Shown here piece after piece: positions 44,035 through 52,601 of a DNA stretch of 56,209 nt. Each line of letters begins with the position of its first letter. The first letter of the stretch is position 1. The notes under the pieces were generated by a model, which was given only the letters and a program-made list of their open reading frames with translations, did no database searches and was not told the DNA's origin. A program made the translations under genes and the position numbers. The stretch comes from a virus: IMG/VR virus record IMGVR_UViG_3300017613_002335. One strand, 5' to 3'.

Positions 44035-46068
44035 ATGAGAATAGCAAAAGTAAGAACTGTTCCTGAATACACCAAATTTGGTGGCGGTCTTGACCTGAAG
44101 ACACCGACCATGTCGGTTAGTCCCGGGGCGTTAATGGCTGGCATGAATTATGAGGCAGGGACAGACGGCGGGTACATGCGTATTGATGGGTATGAACGAT
44201 ACGACGGCAGGACTTCTCCTTCGGCTGGCACATATTATTATTGTCCTGTTTCATTGACCGCCACTGTCAGCGTTGATGATACCATAACCGGCGTGACCAG
44301 CAGCGCGACTGGTGTCGTGATTGTTGCGGGAGGCGCTTATCTTTGCGTATCTAAAGTGACCGGCACATTTGCCGCTGAGAATATCACGGTTGGGGGTAGT
44401 CCTGTTGGTGCGATATCGGTTACGCCTTCTCTTGCCGGGGAAACGACCGGGCCACTTCACGCCACAGCGTTAAACCTGGCCGCAAGTCTCTATCGATCTG
44501 ACATTTCAGCACCAACCGGGTCCGGGGCGTTGAGAGGGTTGGGCCTGTTAAAAGGTACTCTTTATAGTTTTAGGGACAATGCCGGTGGTACGGCTGGACT
44601 TATTTATAAAGCCACTTCAAGTGGTTGGTCGGAAATAACCCTTTATCATGAGATCAGCTTTAATACTGGCCTTGAGTCCATTGCAGACGGGACCGCAATC
44701 ACTCAGACCGTTAGCGCCGCAGAAGGGACCGTAAAAAGGACGGTTTTAGAATCCGGTGCGTGGGATGATAGTGATGGTGTCGGCAGACTGATTATTTCTG
44801 TAGACGATGGGACGTTCGACGCAACCGGGGAAATACAAGTTTCTTCTGTAACCAAGATGACAGCTACCAGCCTTGCAACTGAGATCACGATTGACCCGGG
44901 CGGCAGATACGAAACCCTGGAGCATAATTTTTATGCCAGCCTGGATACAAAAAGGATGTATGGCTGTGATGGTGTTAACCGGGGATTTGAATTTGATGGG
45001 TCTGTTTATGTTCCCATTGATACTGGCATGACAACCGATACCCCTGAATATTGCAAGGTCCATAAAAAACAACTCTGCTTTTCTTTTAAGGGATCATCCC
45101 AAAATTCAGGCCCAGGGTTCCCCTATGAGTGGACAGCGGTTTCAGGTAGTGCAGAAACCGCACTGGGAGATGACATTACCGGATATGTGTCATTACCTGG
45201 CAAAGCACTTGGAATTCTGGCAAGGAACCTTTCAGAACAGCTTATTGGCAATAATAGCGACGACTGGAAACTTGATTCTATCTCTGATGAAGTCGGTTGT
45301 ATTCCCAGGACAGCGCAAAAAATCGGATATGCATTTTGTATGGATGACCGCGGCATAATATCAATTACGCCATCTGATAAGTACGGTAATTTCGAACAGA
45401 ATACGATCAGTCGTTTGGTTCAGCCGTTGATTAATAATATGCGTAAGGTTGTCGTTGCATCAACGGTATACAAAACGAGGAACCAATACAGGCTATATGG
45501 TTCTGACGGGTCCGGGGTCTGCATGACAATCTTAAATGAGGGTGTCGCTTTTACCCAGTTTCAGTATCCGGATAACGTGGCTTGCGTCATATCAGGCGAG
45601 GATTCAACGGGCAAGGACGTTGTTTTCTTTGGTGACGATGCAGGAATGGTCTACCAGGCAGACAAAGGATCCTCATTCGACGGTGAAGAAATCGAATCAT
45701 ATATCAGGCTCCCTTTTAACAATTCCAAGTCTCCATCATTAAAAAAGACTTACAAAAAAGCAACCATTGAAATGTCAGCCGAAGTGTACACACAACTAAA
45801 GTTTTTACCTGATTTTTCTTATGGCGATGAAAATATCCCGGCTCATGTTTCATCCACGGTGGAAGCACAGGGGGCCGGCGGGTATTGGGATATCGATAAC
45901 TGGGATGAAATATTTTATGACGCTTCAATCGTGGCTGAACCCAGTTTCAGGATTGAAGGAGCAGGAAAAAACTTAGGTTTGATAGTTTATTCAACGAGCG
46001 CAACAGATTTAGGCCACAAGCTTGACGGGGCCATTATCCATTATATTCCGAGGAGATTAGAAAGATGA
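44035..46068 (+). CDS. Large tail structural protein (nozzle/tubular-B-like by position)
   Basis: 677-aa ORF with beta-rich composition. Confidence 0.5.
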   Translation: MRIAKVRTVPEYTKFGGGLDLKTPTMSVSPGALMAGMNYEAGTDGGYMRIDGYERYDGRTSPSAGTYYYCPVSLTATVSVDDTITGVTSSATGVVIVAGGAYLCVSKVTGTFAAENITVGGSPVGAISVTPSLAGETTGPLHATALNLAASLYRSDISAPTGSGALRGLGLLKGTLYSFRDNAGGTAGLIYKATSSGWSEITLYHEISFNTGLESIADGTAITQTVSAAEGTVKRTVLESGAWDDSDGVGRLIISVDDGTFDATGEIQVSSVTKMTATSLATEITIDPGGRYETLEHNFYASLDTKRMYGCDGVNRGFEFDGSVYVPIDTGMTTDTPEYCKVHKKQLCFSFKGSSQNSGPGFPYEWTAVSGSAETALGDDITGYVSLPGKALGILARNLSEQLIGNNSDDWKLDSISDEVGCIPRTAQKIGYAFCMDDRGIISITPSDKYGNFEQNTISRLVQPLINNMRKVVVASTVYKTRNQYRLYGSDGSGVCMTILNEGVAFTQFQYPDNVACVISGEDSTGKDVVFFGDDAGMVYQADKGSSFDGEEIESYIRLPFNNSKSPSLKKTYKKATIEMSAEVYTQLKFLPDFSYGDENIPAHVSSTVEAQGAGGYWDIDNWDEIFYDASIVAEPSFRIEGAGKNLGLIVYSTSATDLGHKLDGAIIHYIPRRLER

Positions 46069-46601
46069 GTAATGAATATTATACTTCTCCAACTGACATA
46101 GCCCCAGCAGGAAAGGTCAGGTCATCCCAGATAAACGATATGGATGCGGCCATCGATGCGGCATTTGATAATATTCCTACTAGTATGTCTGCCTTAAAAG
46201 CTGAAATAGTCGCAGCCAGGGACGGGGAAACCGATTTAGATACAAGGATATCAACCGCTGAAACCGGGGCCGGAGCCAGTGCTACAGCAGCAGCAGCCAG
46301 CGCGACAGCATCGGCCAATTCTGCTACATCATCCAGTTCAAGTGCGAGTGACTCTGCGGCCAGTGCAACAGAGTCGTCTGGATATGCCACCAATTCAGCG
46401 GCTTCCGCAGCAGCAGCACAGGCCTTGGTTGATTCAAGTATTGCAGAAGGAATAAACGGGGCTACAGCGAAAACAACCCTTGTTGGTGGGGATAAAATTG
46501 GCCTTGTCGATTCTGAGGATTCTAATGCCCTAAAAAAAGTAACGATGGAATCTTTTAGGCTCGACCAAAAAGAAACTCTTAGACAAGCATTTTTATTATA
46601 G
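46065..46601 (+). CDS. Tail-fibre-like protein with Ala/Ser low-complexity helical segment
   Basis: GAGASATAAAASATASANSATSSSSSASDSAASATESSGYATNSAASAAAAQA is typical of fibre shaft segments. Confidence 0.55.
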   Translation: MSNEYYTSPTDIAPAGKVRSSQINDMDAAIDAAFDNIPTSMSALKAEIVAARDGETDLDTRISTAETGAGASATAAAASATASANSATSSSSSASDSAASATESSGYATNSAASAAAAQALVDSSIAEGINGATAKTTLVGGDKIGLVDSEDSNALKKVTMESFRLDQKETLRQAFLL

Positions 46602-46608
46602 GTGATAC

Positions 46609-46956
46609 ATGGCTTTTATTTACAAACAGTTTTGCGAAACAACATTGCCATCGTCGGTTGGTACACTTTGTACAAATGGGGCATCGAAAACGGGATATAT
46701 CCGTTTGGTATCAATTCACAATGGGAATACCACAGCAGAGACAGTAAAGCTGTACAAGGTGCCCAATAATGGTGGGGCAGTTGGTACAGCGAGTGCAGCA
46801 AATGAAATACTCAACAGGTCGATAGAGGCTGGAGGTGATGCGATTATTGAGTTCGCCATTCCTGGGAGGATGATGATAGCTGAAAATGATTCAATCCAGG
46901 GAGAAACGACTACAGCATCAAAGGTCAGTGTTGAGATTACAGGGGGAGAAGAATAA
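46609..46956 (+). CDS. Hypothetical tail-module protein (115 aa)
   Basis: ORF with SD. Confidence 0.5.
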   Translation: MAFIYKQFCETTLPSSVGTLCTNGASKTGYIRLVSIHNGNTTAETVKLYKVPNNGGAVGTASAANEILNRSIEAGGDAIIEFAIPGRMMIAENDSIQGETTTASKVSVEITGGEE

Positions 46957-47228
46957 TGGGAGCAACAATTTACCCTGAACCCGGGTCATTAAAACTAAAA
47001 CAGAACATAACAGATACCGGGACGCTTTCGGCTGGATCACTTGTCAAGGCTGTAACTATCCCAACCACAGTTGTAAAGGCCAAAACAACCATGAATGTAT
47101 GGGTATCTGGGCTAGCAGTCGTAACTTATCACCCGGTTTTTACAGATGGTGACACTATAACTGTAACCGTTAAGGGAGGAAGTGATTTCGCTGTTACTAT
47201 TTCAATTGAACTTTTGGAGGTCTATTAA
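46956..47228 (+). CDS. Hypothetical tail-module protein (90 aa)
   Basis: Coupled ORF. Confidence 0.5.
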   Translation: MGATIYPEPGSLKLKQNITDTGTLSAGSLVKAVTIPTTVVKAKTTMNVWVSGLAVVTYHPVFTDGDTITVTVKGGSDFAVTISIELLEVY

Positions 47229-47410
47229 TGGCTGATAAATATTACATCAAAGTAAACGGCAGTAATGAAATAACAGGTACAGCATCATGTCACGGATCTA
47301 TTGGGATTGTTAAGCCTGAATTTGTTGAAATCACTGAAAGCCTTTTTGCACAGGCTGAACCGGGCAAGATTTATAACCCTGAAACCGGGGAAATTACTGA
47401 GGCTGAATAA
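47228..47410 (+). CDS. Hypothetical tail-module protein (60 aa)
   Basis: Coupled ORF. Confidence 0.45.
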   Translation: MADKYYIKVNGSNEITGTASCHGSIGIVKPEFVEITESLFAQAEPGKIYNPETGEITEAE

Positions 47411-48339
47411 TGGTAGCTTTTCACACCCCAACATATTCACAAAATAAAGCTGATTGGCTGAATGAAAAAGGCCAGACGTTTCTAAAAAAATACCAGGGCC
47501 CATGGACAGCAAAAGAGTTTTTGGAAGTGATCAGTGAATGGAACATAACCCCCAGACAGCACTATCAAAAGTTTGGCATGAAAGAGAATGTATCCCCGTA
47601 TCAGGATTGGGACGAATACATTTATCTGACAAACAAAAAGAACCAGCTCAATTCGATTGGAGAAACTCATTCTGGTGTTCCTGCCTATTGCTGGCATGAA
47701 GGCAATTTAAGGTCTGTCCTGGCACGATATGGCATGACGCCACTTATCCATTATGAACGATATGGCAGGGCAGAGGGGATATCATTTCTACCTAAAGATA
47801 TATGGGTGCCAAGCATCTTGGACGCTCATTTCTATGAATATGCCGGAAACGGTGATTGTCCATTCCTCTTGAATTTTTTAATAGGGCCGTTTGAAAACGT
47901 CATCAAAAGTTTGATGAAAGACAATCCTTTGATGAAACCTTTGATCCTGGGGGACGCCTGTCCAAAGTATGGGGAATGCCCAGGACATCCGACACATAAC
48001 AAATTGACAGAAGTTGATATTGATTATCCTTTATATTCCGGGGGTGCGACACAGTATGGAAGCCCAGTCGAACAGATGTGGTTAAGTACTGATCCAGCAA
48101 ACATGATTCTGGACGAGGATAAAGTCAACTGGTGGGTAATCTGGCAGCTTTTAACACGGCTTAAAGTAGCGTTCCATAGCCATCAAACTCAATTCATCGT
48201 TCATGAAAAAGTTTTTGATTTTATCGGCAAACATATCACTCAAACACAATTAAACGAACTTCGGGTTATTTCGACCTTTGATGAGGGTGTCCATTGGAAC
48301 CACCACACACACATGCACATAAATTTGTTGCAGAGATAA
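47410..48339 (+). CDS. Tail-module protein: two HY..G..EG repeats plus a possible LAS-type metallopeptidase C-terminal domain
   Basis: Repeats at 47548-47601 and 47737-47787. THNKLTEVD has the same H(+7)D spacing as the M15 endolysin, and NHHTHMH supplies further His ligands. Confidence 0.5.
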   Translation: MVAFHTPTYSQNKADWLNEKGQTFLKKYQGPWTAKEFLEVISEWNITPRQHYQKFGMKENVSPYQDWDEYIYLTNKKNQLNSIGETHSGVPAYCWHEGNLRSVLARYGMTPLIHYERYGRAEGISFLPKDIWVPSILDAHFYEYAGNGDCPFLLNFLIGPFENVIKSLMKDNPLMKPLILGDACPKYGECPGHPTHNKLTEVDIDYPLYSGGATQYGSPVEQMWLSTDPANMILDEDKVNWWVIWQLLTRLKVAFHSHQTQFIVHEKVFDFIGKHITQTQLNELRVISTFDEGVHWNHHTHMHINLLQR

Positions 48340-48348
48340 GGGGATGCG

Positions 48349-49587
48349 ATGCAATTCAATGAAGATGTATATTACAAAAATCAGGTCGCGCGACTCAATG
48401 CAGGGACGGAAGCCCACCACGGAGTCAAGGCAAAGCAATGGACTGTTGATAATCTTAAAAGGGTATTTGGTGAGGTAGGTCATACCGCACAATCACATTA
48501 TCAACAGCACGGTATGAAAGAAGGCGTTGCCCCTTATGCGGATTGGAATAAAAATGTTTATGATGCAAATAAGGTTGTCCAGGCCAATGATACTGGTGTT
48601 GTAAATACAAACCTTGGCGTTACAAAAGGGGGCTGGAATACAACTAATCTGAACGAGGCCATGAAGTCTGGTGGAATGAATTCATTACAACATTATGAAA
48701 AGTTTGGCCGGGCTGAGGGCGTTTCTCCCTATGCAAAAACCGGCACGACTCCGATTGTTCAATCGATGTTTTCAGCAAATAGTGGGAACGGCACCCCGAC
48801 CTTGAAAAATGTGACCCCGTACGTACCGCCAGAAAAAGACTTGGTGCAAGGTCGGCTAAATGGACTACTTGCCAAGGGAGGCACTTATATGACCAGTGCC
48901 AGGAAAGCTGGCGAAAGGGTCGCTCATTCAAGGGGGCTGTTGAACTCCAGTCTTGCGGGTCAGCATTCCGAGGAAGCAGCAATAAAAGCCGCTCTTCCTA
49001 TTGCACAGCAGGATTCAAAATCGTTGATCGATGCAGGAACGGCACATCAAAAATATCAAACGGATGTAGGTATCATTTCTGCCCAGGAAACAGCGAGTTC
49101 AAGATTGTCAGCACAATCATATATCCAAGACAGGGGATTGGCTGAATTAAAGGGCTTGATAGAATCTGGGCTATCTTCACAGGATGCCGCGCAAAAACTT
49201 GGGTTATCGGCAGCCGACGCCGCTCAAAAGCTTAAATACCTGGAATTGGATGCTTCTTACAAACGATGGCTGTCTTCCCAGGACGCCACACAGAAACTTG
49301 CACTTGATAAACAGCAGCAGGAGCATGCAGATATCAGAGCGAAAGCCGAAAGGGATTTAAAAACTACTCTTTTAAATGCAGAACTTTCAACATCTGAAAA
49401 CAACACCAGGGCGGCTCAAGTGACAAGTCTTGGCAATAATTATCAGGCTAAATACTTAGAAATCCAAATGAGTACCACAACAAAGTCTGAAGACAAACCC
49501 GATCTAATTAAAAGTCTAAAAGAAAAATATCAGGCGAGTATGCAAGGTGTAGCCGGTATTTATGGGGTGACGCTCACATGGACATAA
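48349..49587 (+). CDS. Tail-module protein: two HY..G..EG repeats plus a Gln/Ala/Ser-rich coiled-coil C-terminal half
   Basis: Repeats at 48484-48537 and 48679-48732. 412 aa. Confidence 0.55.
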   Translation: MQFNEDVYYKNQVARLNAGTEAHHGVKAKQWTVDNLKRVFGEVGHTAQSHYQQHGMKEGVAPYADWNKNVYDANKVVQANDTGVVNTNLGVTKGGWNTTNLNEAMKSGGMNSLQHYEKFGRAEGVSPYAKTGTTPIVQSMFSANSGNGTPTLKNVTPYVPPEKDLVQGRLNGLLAKGGTYMTSARKAGERVAHSRGLLNSSLAGQHSEEAAIKAALPIAQQDSKSLIDAGTAHQKYQTDVGIISAQETASSRLSAQSYIQDRGLAELKGLIESGLSSQDAAQKLGLSAADAAQKLKYLELDASYKRWLSSQDATQKLALDKQQQEHADIRAKAERDLKTTLLNAELSTSENNTRAAQVTSLGNNYQAKYLEIQMSTTTKSEDKPDLIKSLKEKYQASMQGVAGIYGVTLTWT

Positions 49588-50030
49588 AGCGATGCTACGA
49601 CGCACATATTATAGATGGGATTTTAACCCATCCAGAGGTCCGGGACTGGTTGACGGATGATAATTCCCCTCAAGATTATCAAACCGTGATTCATCCTCAG
49701 ATAGTTTATTTAATAGATGAGGATCACACGGGCGTAATACGGCTTGACCCAATGAATAGTGTTACCTGTTCGGTCCATATTGCCACCAGGCCTGAAATGT
49801 GGGGAAGAGGTCATCAATTTGCAAAAGATGTCATGAAGTGGGGGTTTAAAAATACTCTCTACCAAAAGGTAGTGGGAATTATCCCGGGATATAATGACCG
49901 GGTAATAAAATTAGTAAAAGACTTGGGGTTTAAGCAAGAAGGGATGATCACAAAATCATTCCTGAAACGCTGGAAACTCCATGACCAACTTATATTTTGT
50001 TTAAATAAAGGAGATGTGCCATGCCAATGA
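49578..50030 (+). CDS. GNAT-like acetyltransferase-fold protein (tentative)
   Basis: WGRGHQFAKDVMKWGF and DLGFKQEG resemble the acetyl-CoA-binding (R/Q)xxGxG/A and C-terminal LGF blocks. 150 aa. Confidence 0.4.
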   Translation: MDIKRCYDAHIIDGILTHPEVRDWLTDDNSPQDYQTVIHPQIVYLIDEDHTGVIRLDPMNSVTCSVHIATRPEMWGRGHQFAKDVMKWGFKNTLYQKVVGIIPGYNDRVIKLVKDLGFKQEGMITKSFLKRWKLHDQLIFCLNKGDVPCQ

Positions 50031-50782
50031 TAGTAGCTCCTATCGCAAGTTTTGTGACAGGTATAGTCGGCACAGGTGTAATCGGTGCTGTTGTAACTAA
50101 GGCCGTTGTCGGGGCGGTGTATGGTGCCTTAATCGGTGCCGCTACATCTGCCATTACAGGCGGTGATATTCTACAGGGGGCGCTGAAAGGGGCGCTTTTT
50201 GGTGGGCTTGCCGGGGGGGTGATGAGTGGCTTGCAAATAGCCACAGGAATGAGCAGCGCGTCGGCACAATTGGCCGATATGGGTGTGGGGTTGGGCGCAC
50301 CAACGAGCGGACCGCCATTTGTTGAGACTGTTCAAGGTCCGTTAAATGCAGGAGCTACAGCCCCAATTGAGGCAGCAACACCAATAATACCCGCAACCGG
50401 TGGCGGTGGGGGCGGTGGGGGCGGCGGTGGCGGTGGTGGATCAACTCCAATTCCAGCGGAAGCACCACCTGTTAAAAAACCGGGTGTCTTCAGCTCAGTA
50501 TTTGGTGAAGGCGGTATGAGCGATGGAACATCCAGAATACTTGCCGGTGGTGTGACAGGCGCTGCAGGGGCGTTGCTGGAAAAAGAACCTGAAACCAACT
50601 CAGAGTATGCAAAAAAATTACAAGAACTTAACAGAACCGCTCCGTATGTCGAGGAAGGTATACCAACATATTCACAGGCAACGTCAAACATCAAAATACC
50701 TGATTTCTGGGAAAACTCATATAAATTGGTTAGCCCCAAAGCATCAAATCCCGGACTATTAGCAGCAGGAGGGACCGCATAA
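50021..50782 (+). CDS. Glycine-zipper membrane protein with a poly-Gly tract (internal virion / ejection protein by position)
   Basis: The N-terminal 75 aa are GxxxG/A-rich hydrophobic sequence. 14 consecutive Gly codons at 50399-50440. Confidence 0.6.
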   Translation: MPMIVAPIASFVTGIVGTGVIGAVVTKAVVGAVYGALIGAATSAITGGDILQGALKGALFGGLAGGVMSGLQIATGMSSASAQLADMGVGLGAPTSGPPFVETVQGPLNAGATAPIEAATPIIPATGGGGGGGGGGGGGGSTPIPAEAPPVKKPGVFSSVFGEGGMSDGTSRILAGGVTGAAGALLEKEPETNSEYAKKLQELNRTAPYVEEGIPTYSQATSNIKIPDFWENSYKLVSPKASNPGLLAAGGTA

Positions 50783-51378
50783 TGAACCCGAATCAGCAAG
50801 CCCCGCCAATGGAGCAGATGCCAATGGATCAGCCAGGGCAAGAGACTCAAGTCCCGCCTGAAATGCAGGAACAGTTTGATTTATTTGTAATCAATGCGAT
50901 CAATGTTGTTCATGATAAAACTGTATCAGAGGGGATTTTGACAAGGATACTTCACAATGAGAATCGCCTTGAAGCAATTGCAGAGGCAACCGTTGATATC
51001 ACGATGCGCCTTGCAGACTCAGCAGAGGGTGAAGGCCTCCAAATATCAAATGAAGTCCTTGTCCATGGTGGGAATGCTGTTCTGGGTGAGATAATTACCA
51101 TGGCAGAAGCAGCCGGGATGCAGAAGCTAACTGATGAACAGAAGAATGAAGCTTTTCAGAGAGCAACAGCAATATTTATAAATTCATCTGTTGAATCTGG
51201 GAATATGTCAAAAGATCAACTGGTCCAGATGTCTGAACAGGCCCAACAAACCCCAGAGGGTCAGCAGATTGTCCAGACTATGCAGGAACAGGGTGGACAG
51301 GGCCCAGCACCTTCACCGGAACAGCCGATCCCGCCTGAACAACCAGGGGGAATACTTGCTCAAGGGGGTGCCGCATGA
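50782..51378 (+). CDS. Acidic Gln/Pro-rich internal virion protein (hypothetical)
   Basis: Coupled 198-aa ORF. Confidence 0.55.
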   Translation: MNPNQQAPPMEQMPMDQPGQETQVPPEMQEQFDLFVINAINVVHDKTVSEGILTRILHNENRLEAIAEATVDITMRLADSAEGEGLQISNEVLVHGGNAVLGEIITMAEAAGMQKLTDEQKNEAFQRATAIFINSSVESGNMSKDQLVQMSEQAQQTPEGQQIVQTMQEQGGQGPAPSPEQPIPPEQPGGILAQGGAA

Positions 51379-52601
51379 GTTTAGGCAAAGCGCTTTTAGG
51401 TTTTGTTAAGGGGGCCGGTCAAGGCTGGCAAGCCAATATCGAGGACCGTATTACAGACAAGCGGGATAAACAAAAAGCTGATGCCCTGGAAAAAAGGCAG
51501 ATCCGGCTTGAGGAATTGCGTCATACGAATAATATGGCATTGCAAGATGACAGCCAAAAATTTAAAAAATCTGAAAATGATCGTCTCGAAAAAGTAGAAA
51601 CTGATAAATACAACCGTAGAAAAAAGGTGGCTGATGAAGAAAAAGCCGCCGATATCGTCAAGGAAGAAAAAACTTATCAGCGCAGGAAGGGTGAGGATGA
51701 AATCACTTATCAACGTAGGATAGCAGAAGAATACAAAAATGATGAGATTACATATAAACGTCGAATAGGTGAGGATGAGATTACTTATCAACGTAGGATA
51801 GCCGCCGCCAAAAAAGAAAAGGCCGCAGAAATAGACAGGGAAGAAAAACTCTACCAGCGCAGAAAGGGTGACGAACAAACCACTCATGATCGTCGGGTGG
51901 CAAAAGAAGAAAAAACTTATCAGCGAAGAAAGGGTGAGAATAGTGTTGATACCCGGACAAAAGAATGGACTATTATTTCTCGTAAAGCATTATATATTCT
52001 GTCTAATTATGAAGGGTACACAGACAAGGAAACGGGTGAACTTATCCCCGCAATGATTGCGTTAAAACAACAAGCCGATGCTGGTAACAAAGACGCCATA
52101 TCAGATCTTGCGGCAATTAATGACTTTAATATAGAGGCAAGAAAATATTCACCTAAAGGGTTGGTAGCACCACCACCTAAAGGGGGAGATAAGAGTGGTC
52201 TTGAAGATTATTTCAAGGATACGAGCAAAATCAAAGAACCAATATTAAATCCAAAAAATAAGAAAGTTAAAGTAGAAGAACCCAAAAAAGATGAATTGTA
52301 CTTTCTGCCCAAAGCAGTCAGGGAAAAGTTAGATAAAGTTGAATATGGTTCTAAATATTCTAACAAGGATAAGGCACCGAGTCTGTTATCTACCATCAAG
52401 TCCAATGTTCAAGAAAAACTTTATAGTTCACAACCAGACGGAATGGTTAAAACAGGTGAAGACAAAATCACGGCTGTATTACGTCAAATGGGGTCATCCC
52501 TTGAGTTGAGAAAACGTAAAAACATAGCGGAAATTCTGCGTAAAGAATACTCGGAGATGACTGATGCTGAGATTATTAACATGCTTGAGAGAAGAAAATA
52601 A
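51375..52601 (+). CDS. Lys/Glu-rich protein with tandem (E)xTYQRR(K/I)(G/A)E repeats (internal virion protein by position)
   Basis: About 7 copies of TYQRR-type units at about 51655-51950. Coupled on both sides. Confidence 0.6.
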   Translation: MSLGKALLGFVKGAGQGWQANIEDRITDKRDKQKADALEKRQIRLEELRHTNNMALQDDSQKFKKSENDRLEKVETDKYNRRKKVADEEKAADIVKEEKTYQRRKGEDEITYQRRIAEEYKNDEITYKRRIGEDEITYQRRIAAAKKEKAAEIDREEKLYQRRKGDEQTTHDRRVAKEEKTYQRRKGENSVDTRTKEWTIISRKALYILSNYEGYTDKETGELIPAMIALKQQADAGNKDAISDLAAINDFNIEARKYSPKGLVAPPPKGGDKSGLEDYFKDTSKIKEPILNPKNKKVKVEEPKKDELYFLPKAVREKLDKVEYGSKYSNKDKAPSLLSTIKSNVQEKLYSSQPDGMVKTGEDKITAVLRQMGSSLELRKRKNIAEILRKEYSEMTDAEIINMLERRK

